This document shows positions 27,351 to 36,358 of a DNA stretch of 63,609 nt, in pieces (positions within the stretch are counted from its first letter, which is position 1; the number at the start of each line of letters is the position of its first letter). The notes beneath the pieces are model-generated. The model ran no database searches, was not told the DNA's origin, and saw only the letters and a program-made list of their open reading frames with translations. This DNA comes from an uncultured bacterium. Its GTDB lineage: Bacteria > Arandabacterota > Arandabacteria > Arandabacterales > Arandabacteraceae. The stretch covers positions 1 through 63,609 of the forward strand of contig CAYHHI010000017.1 of assembly GCA_964356335.1 (NCBI GenBank), given 5' to 3'. A program made the position numbers and the translations under genes.

Positions 27351-28080
27351 GTTCTTGCGTGACTGCCGGCTTGGCTCGCGGCGGAAGTGCGAGCAGCTGG
27401 TCCTCGACGGGCTTGTGGCGATCGATGGCAAGCCGGTGACCGAGATTGGCACGCTGGTGGATCCGGCGCATGACAGGGTCGAGGTCGGCGGCAAGGTTGT
27501 GCGGCCCTTTGAGGAGCTGATCTACATTGCGGCTCATAAGCCGCGCGGTGTGGTAGTCAGCGCAAGCGACCCGAGCGGTCGGAAAACGATTTACGAAGGC
27601 ATACGGCGCCTTCCCCGTGCAGTCTTCACCGTGGGCAGGCTGGATATGGATAGCGAAGGCTTGATCATTCTCACCAACGATGGGAAGCTGGCCTTCAGGC
27701 TTGCGCATCCGCGGTACGCGATTGAGCGGGTCTATGAAGTCAGGATCAGGGGTGAGGCCGCCGACGACCTGCTTGAGGGCCTGAGGCGGGGGGTACTGCT
27801 CGAGGACGGCGTTGCCAAAGCCAAAAGGGTGGAGCCTGTGCGGCGGGGCGAGCAGACCGTCACCATCAGGCTCACCCTGACCGAGGGGAAGAAGCATGAG
27901 GTCAGGCGAATGATCGCGGCGTGCGGCTATGAGGTGGTCCGCCTCAAGCGGGTGAGATTTGCAAATGTGGAATTGGGAAGGCTGGCGGCAGCCACATGGA
28001 GGAATCTAACACGCGACGAAATCCGGGGCTTGCGAAGACTGGTTCAGGAATCTTATGAAAGATCTCGTGGTCACGATTGA
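27325..28080 (+). CDS. rluB: 23S rRNA pseudouridine synthase (RluB/RsuA family)
   Basis: S4 domain RLNKFL..SRRK; VGRLDMDSEGL; EGKKHEVRRM. Confidence 0.9.
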   Translation: MPTRVRLNKFLRDCRLGSRRKCEQLVLDGLVAIDGKPVTEIGTLVDPAHDRVEVGGKVVRPFEELIYIAAHKPRGVVVSASDPSGRKTIYEGIRRLPRAVFTVGRLDMDSEGLIILTNDGKLAFRLAHPRYAIERVYEVRIRGEAADDLLEGLRRGVLLEDGVAKAKRVEPVRRGEQTVTIRLTLTEGKKHEVRRMIAACGYEVVRLKRVRFANVELGRLAAATWRNLTRDEIRGLRRLVQESYERSRGHD

Positions 28081-28732
28081 CGGTCCGGCAGGCTCTGGTA
28101 AGAGCACGACTGCGAAGCTTGTCGCCCAGAGACTTGGTTATACGTATCTTGATACGGGAGCCATGTATCGGGCCATGACGCTTAAGGCATTGGAAAGCGG
28201 CGTGGATGTGGCGAACCGCGAAGTGCTTTCAGAAATGGCGCGCACGACTGACATCCGGGTGGAGACCGACCCGCACGGAACACGAGTGATTCTGGATGGC
28301 CGGGATGTGACTGGGCTCTTGAGAGGGCGCGAGGTCACCGCCAATGCATCTGCGGTCTCGGCCGTGAGGGGTGTCAGAGAGAGGATGGTGGAGCTCCAGC
28401 GTGAGATCGGTCGCCGCGGTGCCATCGTTGCTGAAGGCAGGGACATAGGCTCTGTAGTTTTTCCCGATGCCGACGTGAAGATCTACCTGGATGCCGATCT
28501 CAGGTGCCGCGCCGGGCGAAGGAAGAAGGAGCTCGAAGCAGCCGGCACCTCGGTTGAGCTGGAGCGCATTGTGAGAGAAATAAAGGCAAGAGATCAGTAC
28601 GACTCGTCGCGGGAGCACAGCCCGCTTGTCGTGCCCAGAGGCTCTGTGCTCATAGACACCACAGGCCTCAGCATAGACGAGCAGGTGAGCAAGGTGATTG
28701 AAGAGGTAAAGAAGAAGATTGACGAGGCTTGA
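28055..28732 (+). CDS. cmk: Cytidylate kinase
   Basis: IDGPAGSGKST, YLDTGAMYRA, EGRDIG. Confidence 0.97.
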   Translation: MKDLVVTIDGPAGSGKSTTAKLVAQRLGYTYLDTGAMYRAMTLKALESGVDVANREVLSEMARTTDIRVETDPHGTRVILDGRDVTGLLRGREVTANASAVSAVRGVRERMVELQREIGRRGAIVAEGRDIGSVVFPDADVKIYLDADLRCRAGRRKKELEAAGTSVELERIVREIKARDQYDSSREHSPLVVPRGSVLIDTTGLSIDEQVSKVIEEVKKKIDEA

Positions 28733-29372
28733 TTTGAGGTTTCATTACAGAGTTTCGTGGCTCCTTCTCAACTTCCTCGAGCGGGTGCTTTTTGGATTTC
28801 GGGTGACAGGCCGCGAGCGTGTTCCGATATCGGGTGCCGTCATCATCGCATCCAATCACGTGTCTTATTGCGATCCTCCGGTCGTCGGGAGCGCGGTGCC
28901 GCGAGAAGTCTACTTCCTCGCAAAGGAAGAGCTCTTTCGAAACAAGGCCTTTGGCTGGCTCATCGGTCAGTACAATGCCATAGCTCTCAGGAGAGCGGTG
29001 GGCGACATCGGTGCCGTCAAGAAGGCGGTCGAGCTTCTCAAACAAGGCAGGGCGATTCTGATGTTTCCCGAAGGCACGAGGAGCTTGAGCGGGAGGCTTT
29101 TGAAGCCCAAGCCCGGCGTGGGCCTGATCGCATGCATGGCGGGGGCGCCCATAGTGCCGGCTTACGTGACAGGCACAAGCAAACTCAGGGACGCCTTCTT
29201 GAGGAGAGTGGGGCTCACCGTCATTTTCGGGGAGCCGCTCGGAGCAGGAGAATTCAGGGAAGTATGCTCAAGTGATCACGAACGATACGAGAAGTTGACG
29301 GAAGAGGTGATGAGGCGAATTGAGGACCTTGCGCAAAAGACCAGGGAAGGCTCTCAAGAGCAAGCATCCTGA
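28719..29372 (+). CDS. plsC: 1-acyl-sn-glycerol-3-phosphate acyltransferase
   Basis: SNHVSYCD, FLAKEELF, FPEGTRS. Confidence 0.92.
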   Translation: MTRLDLRFHYRVSWLLLNFLERVLFGFRVTGRERVPISGAVIIASNHVSYCDPPVVGSAVPREVYFLAKEELFRNKAFGWLIGQYNAIALRRAVGDIGAVKKAVELLKQGRAILMFPEGTRSLSGRLLKPKPGVGLIACMAGAPIVPAYVTGTSKLRDAFLRRVGLTVIFGEPLGAGEFREVCSSDHERYEKLTEEVMRRIEDLAQKTREGSQEQAS

Positions 29373-30228
29373 GGGCAAGAGTCGTGAGAGCAGGAATCTC
29401 AGGATCTATGTGAGCCCTGGCGTGGGCTTTTGCTCGGGCGTCAAGCGTGCAATAAAGATGGCGCTGGCTGCCGCAGCTCATTCTCCGCAAGGCATATGCA
29501 GTTACGGGCCCCTGATTCATAACCCACAGGTCGTGGAGAAGCTGCGTGAGGTGGGCATCAGGCCGCTTGCCAGGTTCGACAAGAGGGGGGGACTGCTGGT
29601 CATCCGGTCTCACGGCGTTGGCCCCGCCGCTCTCAGAAAGGCGAAGCGATATGGCTACAAGATCGTAGATGCTACTTGTCAGTTTGTCCGCAAAGCACAG
29701 GAGAACGCCAAGCGCCTCCACGAAATGGGTTACGAGGTAGTGATTGTGGGGGAGAAACGCCATCCTGAAGTCAAGAGTATTCGAGGCTGCGTGCCCGCCA
29801 GGTCGGTCGTCGTCGAAGACGTGGCCCAAGCAAAAAGGTTGAAGTTTCGACCCAGAGTGGGTATCATAGCTCAAACAACTATCCCGGTGGACACTTTCGC
29901 GAGTGTCGTAAGCCAAGTGGCTAGAGAAACCAGGGAGGTTTTGGTGTTCAATACGATTTGTAGCGAGACAGCCAGGCGGCAGGAGAGGGCAAGAAAGCTT
30001 GCGGGCGAGGTCGATGTTCTGCTGGTTGTCGGCGGACGGAATAGTGCCAACACCTCCCGCCTGGAAAACCTCTGCAGGTCGATCTGTACGGGCACCCATC
30101 AAATCGAGACGGCGCGCGAAATTGACAAAAGATGGTTCAGACAAGGTTCAAGTGTTGGCATCGTCACCGGAGCTTCTACACCGAAATGGCTGGTTGACAG
30201 TATTGTGCACGAGCTCGGGAAGCTTTAA
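29320..30228 (+). CDS. ispH: 4-hydroxy-3-methylbut-2-enyl diphosphate reductase
   Basis: GFCSGVKRA, IHNPQVV, SHGV, DATC, HPEV, TIC, SANT, TGASTP; start uncertain. Confidence 0.95.
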   Translation: MRTLRKRPGKALKSKHPEGKSRESRNLRIYVSPGVGFCSGVKRAIKMALAAAAHSPQGICSYGPLIHNPQVVEKLREVGIRPLARFDKRGGLLVIRSHGVGPAALRKAKRYGYKIVDATCQFVRKAQENAKRLHEMGYEVVIVGEKRHPEVKSIRGCVPARSVVVEDVAQAKRLKFRPRVGIIAQTTIPVDTFASVVSQVARETREVLVFNTICSETARRQERARKLAGEVDVLLVVGGRNSANTSRLENLCRSICTGTHQIETAREIDKRWFRQGSSVGIVTGASTPKWLVDSIVHELGKL

Positions 30229-30285
30229 GTTGGATTCTATAGCCCTCTGGGCTAAATCTATGGAAGAGGAAGGAGAAAGCGTAGG

Positions 30286-32235
30286 ATGAGAGGTCGTGAA
30301 GACTATGGCGAAGATTCCAGGTACCATGATGGTACCCAATATGATGAGAGGAGGAGAGCAAAGCCCAGGCCGGCACCCCTGAAGCTGGTATTTCGGGACG
30401 ACGAGGAAGCCGGTGAGATTTCCAAGGACGTCCTTGACATGTATGAGCAGTCGTTCAAGGAGATCGATGAGGGCGAAATAGTCACCGGGAGAGTCGTCAG
30501 GGTGACGGAGACAGACATCCTTATCGATGTAGGTTTCAAATCCGAGGGTGTGGTTGCCTTGAGCGAGTTCGGTGACAGCCCCACAGTCAGGGTTGGCGAT
30601 GAAATCGAGGTTTTCCTCGAGAAGATGGAAAACCAGGATGGCCTGGTGGTTCTTTCCAAACAGCGGGCGGATTTTCTCCGCGTGTGGGGAACGATAAAGG
30701 ATGCTTATGACCAGCAGAAAGTCGTGGAAGGCAAGCTTGCGCGGAGGATACAGGGTGGTGCTGTGGTTGATCTCTTTGGGGTGGAAGCTTTTCTGCCCGG
30801 TTCCCAGGTCGGCATCCGGCACATCCAGGATCTCAATGATCTGATCGGACAGACGATCAGAGTCAAGGTCATAAAGCTCAACAAGCGGAGACGTAACGTG
30901 GTTGTCTCGAGGCGCATGGTGCTTGAGGAAGAACGTGAGAGACAGAAGAATGTGCTTCTCGAGCATATTGAGAAGGGAGAGTTGCGTGAGGGTGTGGTCA
31001 AGAATATCACGGACTTCGGAGCCTTCATTGATCTTGGCGGAATTGACGGCCTTCTTCATATCACGGACATGGCATGGGGCCGTGTGAGCCATCCCTCCGA
31101 GCTTCTTGCGATCGGGGACAACGTCAAGGTCAAGGTGCTCGACTTCGACAAGGAGAGAGAGCGCATCTCCCTCGGCATGAAGCAGCTTACGCCTTATCCG
31201 TGGGAAGACATCGACAAGAAGTATCCCGTGGGCGCGAAGATCAGAGGTAAGGTCGTCAGCATCACCGATTACGGAGCCTTTATCGAGCTCGAGAAGGGCG
31301 TCGAGGGTCTGGTTCATAAGTCCGAGATGTCCTGGACCAAGCATGTGAAGCACCCATCCAAAGTGGTCGCGATTGGAGATATGATCGAAGCCCTTGTACT
31401 CAAGATCGATAAGGAGAATGAAAAGATATCCCTTGGCCTCAAGCAGGTCGAACCCGATCCATGGGAGACCTTGGAAGAGCGCTATCCCGAGGGGGTGAAG
31501 GTCACAGGCAAGGTCCGCAACCTCACCAATTTCGGCGCATTTGTCGAAATCGAGGAGGGCATCGAAGGTCTTGTCCACATATCCGACATGTCGTGGACCA
31601 AGAGGATAAGGCACCCGAGCGAAATCCTGAGGAAAGGCGACAAGGTCGAGGTGGTGGTTCTCAGTATCGACAAAGAGAACCGGAAGATATCCCTTGGCCT
31701 CAAGCAGATCCAGGAAAACCCCTGGGAGAATCTTGTTGAGAAGTACACTGTCGGATCGATGACCAAGGGCAAGATAAGCAAGGTTCAGGAGCGAGGAGTG
31801 GTCGTCGAGATTGAAGAGGATGTCGAAGGTTTCGTGCCGATTTCGCATCTCGGTAGAGACAATATCAAGAAACCTTCGGACATCTTTAAGCCCGGCGACG
31901 AGCTGCCCCTTAAGGTCATACGGATCGATCCCGATGCCCGCAAGATTCTCCTAAGCGTAAAAGAATATCTTGCCGACCAGGACAGAGAAGAAGTCGACGA
32001 ATACATGCGCAAGTATGGGCCTCAAAAGCTGACGGTTGCGGATGTTGTCTCTACCCAGGAAGAAGCCGCCCCGGGGCAGGCTCCGGGTGAGGATCAAGGG
32101 GAAGGCGGAGAGACAGCCAAGTACGAGCCGGCGGCAGAGGATCTGGTAGAGGGCCTGGGAGATGATTTGGATGAGGATGAGGGAGAAGGAGAGACGTCGC
32201 CCGGAGAGCCGCCCGCTGGCGGAGAATTGGCTTGA
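30286..32235 (+). CDS. rpsA: 30S ribosomal protein S1
   Basis: Six S1 repeats (DVGFKSEG, FGAFIDLGGIDGLLHI, YGAFIE, FGAFVE and others); acidic C-terminal tail. Confidence 0.97.
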   Translation: MRGREDYGEDSRYHDGTQYDERRRAKPRPAPLKLVFRDDEEAGEISKDVLDMYEQSFKEIDEGEIVTGRVVRVTETDILIDVGFKSEGVVALSEFGDSPTVRVGDEIEVFLEKMENQDGLVVLSKQRADFLRVWGTIKDAYDQQKVVEGKLARRIQGGAVVDLFGVEAFLPGSQVGIRHIQDLNDLIGQTIRVKVIKLNKRRRNVVVSRRMVLEEERERQKNVLLEHIEKGELREGVVKNITDFGAFIDLGGIDGLLHITDMAWGRVSHPSELLAIGDNVKVKVLDFDKERERISLGMKQLTPYPWEDIDKKYPVGAKIRGKVVSITDYGAFIELEKGVEGLVHKSEMSWTKHVKHPSKVVAIGDMIEALVLKIDKENEKISLGLKQVEPDPWETLEERYPEGVKVTGKVRNLTNFGAFVEIEEGIEGLVHISDMSWTKRIRHPSEILRKGDKVEVVVLSIDKENRKISLGLKQIQENPWENLVEKYTVGSMTKGKISKVQERGVVVEIEEDVEGFVPISHLGRDNIKKPSDIFKPGDELPLKVIRIDPDARKILLSVKEYLADQDREEVDEYMRKYGPQKLTVADVVSTQEEAAPGQAPGEDQGEGGETAKYEPAAEDLVEGLGDDLDEDEGEGETSPGEPPAGGELA

Positions 32236-32308
32236 CAGCGGCGAGCATCCTATTGTATCAATTGAACAGCAAGGTTTAATCCGTTGAGGAGACAGAAGTT
32301 AGGTGAAG

Positions 32309-32385
32309 GGGCGATTAGCTCAGCTGGTTAGAGTGCCTGCTCGACAAGCAGGAGGTCAGTGGTTCAAGTCCACTATCGCCCACCA
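32309..32385 (+). tRNA. tRNA-Val(GAC), CCA encoded
   Basis: GGGCGATTAGCTCAGCTGGTTAGAGTGCCTGCTC-GAC-AAGCAGG...GGTTCAAGTCCACTATCGCCCACCA. Confidence 0.95.
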
Positions 32386-32445
32386 CCATCTGTGATGGTG
32401 GCCATGCAAATTACCTGGGGGAAGGAGTAACTACAACACCCGAAA

Positions 32446-34380
32446 ATGTCTGAGAATCCTAGCGCCAGCCATTCGCCCCTGATCACTGACCTAAAAGCGG
32501 GAACAGACCTCACACAGGCTGCTGTCTCAATGGGCAAGCAAGCAAAGATGCTTATTGTAGCAGCGCGCGTGGGGAACGCCATCCTCGGGCTTTCCACAGT
32601 TCTCGATAGGGACTCGAAGGTTGAACTTCTTGCCTTTGACTCGCCCGAAGGAAAAGAGATTTACAGACACACGGCTTCCCATGTGATGGCTCAGGCAGTT
32701 AAGAGGCTTTATCCGGAGGCTAAGCTCGGGATCGGGCCAGCGATCGAAGACGGTTTCTATTATGACTTCGATATAGGCGGCAGGCTCACCGAGGAAGATC
32801 TCGCCAGGATTGGAGCCGTGATGAAGGAGATAGTCAAGGAAGACATTCCTCTCGAGAGAAGAGAGGTGGCAAGGAAGGAAGCCATAGACCTTTTTGCCGC
32901 GCGAGGCGAGATCTACAAGGTTGATCTCCTCGAGGAGATAGAAGAGGCCACAGTCACTATCTACAAGCAAGGCGATTTTGTGGACCTTTGCCGCGGACCG
33001 CACCTTCCCTCCACAGGGCTTATCCGTGCGTTCAAGCTTATTTCGCTTGCGGGAGCTTACTGGCACGGAGATGAATCAAGACAGATGCTTCAACGGATCT
33101 ACGGCACCGCGTTTGAAGACGCCAGCCAGCTGTCGGCGTATCTTGAACGGCTTGAGGAAGCAAAACGGAGAGATCACCGCCGGCTTGGGCTGGACCTTGA
33201 TCTTTTCTCCATACATGAGGAAGCAGGCCCGGGACTTGCTTACTGGCATCCCAAAGGCGCGGTAGTGCGCAACGCAATAGAGGATTTCTGGCGCTCAGAG
33301 CATGTGAGGCGGGGCTACAGTCTCGTTTACACTCCCCATATCGCAAGGGCCGCACTGTGGAAGGCCTCTGGACACCTTGATTACTACAAAGATAATATGT
33401 ATCTCGTGAAGGTTGAGGATGAGGAATACGTCTTGAAACCGATGAACTGCGTCGGGCACATCGTCATCTACAAGGCGAGAAAGAGGAGCTACCGAGACCT
33501 ACCTATGAGGTTTGCAGAGCTGGGTACGGTCTACAGGCGGGAGAGGTCAGGCACACTGCACGGCATGATGCGAGTGAGAGGCTTCACTCAGGATGACGCC
33601 CACATCTTCTGTACAAGGGAACAGATCGTTGATGAGCTGGTTGGGGTAATCGACCTCACCGAGTTCATGATGCGGACCTTCGGCTTCAATGCCTACGAGG
33701 TCAACTTGAGCGTCCGCGATCCCCGGCGGCCGCAGGACTATGCCGGATCAGCCGATCAGTGGGCCCAGGCGGAGCGAGGCCTCATCGAGGCTCTCGGCCG
33801 CAAGTCACTTCCTTATATCAGAAAAGAGGGCGAGGCCGTTTTTTACGGCCCCAAGATAGACGTCAAACTCCTTGACGCTCTTGGAAGGGGATGGCAGGGT
33901 CCGACGATACAGTTTGACTTCAATTTGCCTGGAAGGCTTGGTGTGGCGTACGTCGGGAAGGACGGATACTCTCACAACGTAGTCATGATCCATAGGACGG
34001 TCCTAGGCGCAATGGAGCGCTTCATGGCGACCCTCGTCGAGCACTATGCGGGTGCACTGCCTTTGTGGCTCGCGCCAATCCAGGTTTCAATACTCCCGGT
34101 GCTCGAGAAGACTGAGGGCTATGCCGCAAAGGTGCTCTCGATGCTCCTTGAGCAGGGTGTGAGAGCTGAGATCGCTGGTTCCGAGCAGAAGCTGGGATAT
34201 CGGATAAGGGAAAAGACCCTTGAGAAAGTGCCTTACATTCTCGTGGTTGGTGACAAAGAGGAGGATAGGGGCTGTGTTTCGGTGAGAAAACGAAAAGAAG
34301 GCGATAAGGGCGCTGTCCCTCTTGACGAGTTCGTTAAGTCGATGAGAAGCGAGATTGATTCGAAGAGTTCACAATGCTAG
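32446..34380 (+). CDS. thrS: Threonine--tRNA ligase
   Basis: RHTASHVMAQAV, DLCRGPH, RDHRRLG, LKPMNC, RVRGFTQDDAH, FYGPKID. Confidence 0.98.
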   Translation: MSENPSASHSPLITDLKAGTDLTQAAVSMGKQAKMLIVAARVGNAILGLSTVLDRDSKVELLAFDSPEGKEIYRHTASHVMAQAVKRLYPEAKLGIGPAIEDGFYYDFDIGGRLTEEDLARIGAVMKEIVKEDIPLERREVARKEAIDLFAARGEIYKVDLLEEIEEATVTIYKQGDFVDLCRGPHLPSTGLIRAFKLISLAGAYWHGDESRQMLQRIYGTAFEDASQLSAYLERLEEAKRRDHRRLGLDLDLFSIHEEAGPGLAYWHPKGAVVRNAIEDFWRSEHVRRGYSLVYTPHIARAALWKASGHLDYYKDNMYLVKVEDEEYVLKPMNCVGHIVIYKARKRSYRDLPMRFAELGTVYRRERSGTLHGMMRVRGFTQDDAHIFCTREQIVDELVGVIDLTEFMMRTFGFNAYEVNLSVRDPRRPQDYAGSADQWAQAERGLIEALGRKSLPYIRKEGEAVFYGPKIDVKLLDALGRGWQGPTIQFDFNLPGRLGVAYVGKDGYSHNVVMIHRTVLGAMERFMATLVEHYAGALPLWLAPIQVSILPVLEKTEGYAAKVLSMLLEQGVRAEIAGSEQKLGYRIREKTLEKVPYILVVGDKEEDRGCVSVRKRKEGDKGAVPLDEFVKSMRSEIDSKSSQC

Positions 34381-34395
34381 GAGGTGGGTAAGATC

Positions 34396-34974
34396 ATTAA
34401 GGGGTCAAAAGAAGTTCGGGTCAATGAGCGGATAAGGGTCTCGCAGGTCCGAGTGGTGGACGAGACCGGGCTGATGGTAGGCGTGATAGGCACCAGGGAT
34501 GCCATTCAACAAGCACGTGAGCGAGGCTACGATCTTGTTGAGGTATCACCCGGTGCGGTTCCGCCCGTGTGCAGAATAATGGATTATGGCAAGTACAAGT
34601 ACGAGCTCAGTAAGAAGGCCAAAAAGGCCAAGCGGAAGCAACACGTGGTGCACCTTAAAGAGATCAAGATGAGGCCGGGCATAGAGGCGCACGACTATAG
34701 CTTCAAGATGAATAATGCGCGGAGGTTCCTCGAGAGCCATAACAAGGTCAAGTTTTCCTTGATTTTCCGAGGCCGAGAGGTTACTCATCTCGATATAGGT
34801 ATGAACCTTCTCGGGCGGGTCTCGCGCGATCTCGCAGATATTGCGACCATTGAGTTCGGACCAAGAAAAGAAGGCATGACTGTGATGATGGTGGTTTGTC
34901 CCAAACCCGGCATCACAAAGAAAGTAGATGAACAACCTGAGGAAGTGACGGAGGAGGGAGATGTCACGAGTTAA
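34396..34974 (+). CDS. infC: Translation initiation factor IF-3; probable ATT (or ATC at 34393) start
   Basis: RVNERI, DLVEVSP..PPVCRIMDYGKYKYE, KEIKMRP, FRGRE; SD AGGAGGTG at 34379-34386 overlaps the track's GTG start. Confidence 0.95.
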   Translation: MKGSKEVRVNERIRVSQVRVVDETGLMVGVIGTRDAIQQARERGYDLVEVSPGAVPPVCRIMDYGKYKYELSKKAKKAKRKQHVVHLKEIKMRPGIEAHDYSFKMNNARRFLESHNKVKFSLIFRGREVTHLDIGMNLLGRVSRDLADIATIEFGPRKEGMTVMMVVCPKPGITKKVDEQPEEVTEEGDVTS

Positions 34975-35335
34975 ACGGGCAGTTCAGTCGCGAAGACGAC
35001 GCAGGAAAGTGCTGAAAGCAGCCAAGGGCTACGTAGGATCCAAACACAGACTCTACCGTACGGCTCTTGAGACTGTTAAGAGAGCTATGGTCTATGCTTA
35101 TCGTGATCGCCGGACGCGCAAGCGCGATATGAGATCCCTCTGGATAATAAGAATCAATGCGGCGGCAAGAACCAGTGGTATCAGTTATGGGAGGTTGATG
35201 GACGGCCTTCACAAAGCCGGAGTGACCGTGGACAGGAGAATCCTCGCTGACCTAGCCCTCACTGACGAGGCTGCTTTCAAGGAAGTTGTGACTAAAGCTA
35301 AGCAGGCCTTGGAGAGGGCTTATGGATCTGCGTGA
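34961..35335 (+). CDS. rplT: 50S ribosomal protein L20
   Basis: MSRVKR..KVLKAAKGY, YAYRDRR..KRDMRSLWIIRINAAAR. Confidence 0.97.
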   Translation: MSRVKRAVQSRRRRRKVLKAAKGYVGSKHRLYRTALETVKRAMVYAYRDRRTRKRDMRSLWIIRINAAARTSGISYGRLMDGLHKAGVTVDRRILADLALTDEAAFKEVVTKAKQALERAYGSA

Positions 35336-36347
35336 TGAGGCGAGGAAAGCAAAAGAAGCCGCCGACAGAGAGATCTCCTCATCCAAGATGCTCGACGAGC
35401 TACAAGCCAAAAAGGTGAAGTACCTTGGCAGGAAGGGTGTCGTCACCCTCCTGCTGAGGAAGCTTGTTGATGTAGAACCTGACCGGAGAAAAGAGATCGG
35501 CGGGCTTGTCAACGAGGTAAAGGACCATATCCTCACCCTTGTGGAAGCCCGCGAGCACCAGCTGAAACAAGCGGCCTATTCCTCGGTTCTCATTAGGGAA
35601 GCTGTTGATATAACCCTTCCGGGGAGAAAGGCCAGGATAGGCAGGCTACATCCCACTCTCGCCGTGATGAACGAGATGGTGGACATCTTCGTGGGTATGG
35701 GTTTCACGCCCGTCGAAGGGCCTGAGGTCGAGACCGAATATAACAACTTTGATGCCCTCAATTTCCCGCCGTGGCATCCTTCGCGTGACGAGCAGGATTC
35801 TTTCTACGTCGGCGACGGCCGCGTCTTGAGAACACACACATCGCCCGCGCAGATACGGGTGATGAAATCGCAGCCCCCTCCGGTGCGGGTTGTTGTTCCG
35901 GGAAGATGCCATCGCAGAGACACCCCTGATGCGTCACACCTCATGAGCTTCTTTCAGATAGAGGGTCTCTATGTTGACTATGAGGTGAGCATGGCTGACC
36001 TCAAGGGCACACTTGCGGCCTTCGCGAAGGAGTTTTTTGGCGGAGAAACCAGAGTCAGGTTCAGACCTCACTACTTCCCGTTCACCGAGCCGAGTGCCGA
36101 GCTTGATATCTCGTGCCTGGTTTGCGGCGGTAAGGGATGCAGGCTTTGCAAGAGCTCGGGCTGGCTGGAGGTCTTGGGATGCGGAATGGTACATCCCAAC
36201 GTTTTTGATCATGTCGGGTATGACAGGCAGAATGTGACAGGATTTGCATTCGGGCTTGGCGTTGATAGAATGGCAATGCTTCGATATGGCATCAACGATA
36301 TCAGGCTCTTGTACGAGAATGACATCAGGTTCTTGAATCAGTTCTAG
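35322..36347 (+). CDS. pheS: Phenylalanine--tRNA ligase alpha subunit
   Basis: NFDALN..HPSRD, LRTHTS, FPFTEPS, GCGMVHP. Confidence 0.98.
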   Translation: MDLRDEARKAKEAADREISSSKMLDELQAKKVKYLGRKGVVTLLLRKLVDVEPDRRKEIGGLVNEVKDHILTLVEAREHQLKQAAYSSVLIREAVDITLPGRKARIGRLHPTLAVMNEMVDIFVGMGFTPVEGPEVETEYNNFDALNFPPWHPSRDEQDSFYVGDGRVLRTHTSPAQIRVMKSQPPPVRVVVPGRCHRRDTPDASHLMSFFQIEGLYVDYEVSMADLKGTLAAFAKEFFGGETRVRFRPHYFPFTEPSAELDISCLVCGGKGCRLCKSSGWLEVLGCGMVHPNVFDHVGYDRQNVTGFAFGLGVDRMAMLRYGINDIRLLYENDIRFLNQF

Positions 36348-36358
36348 CGGGGCAAGTG

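Noticed and set aside
32386-32445. T-box leaders for thrS, pheS, proS or trpS
   Set aside because: Leaders are too short or the genes overlap upstream ORFs; no T-box consensus seen
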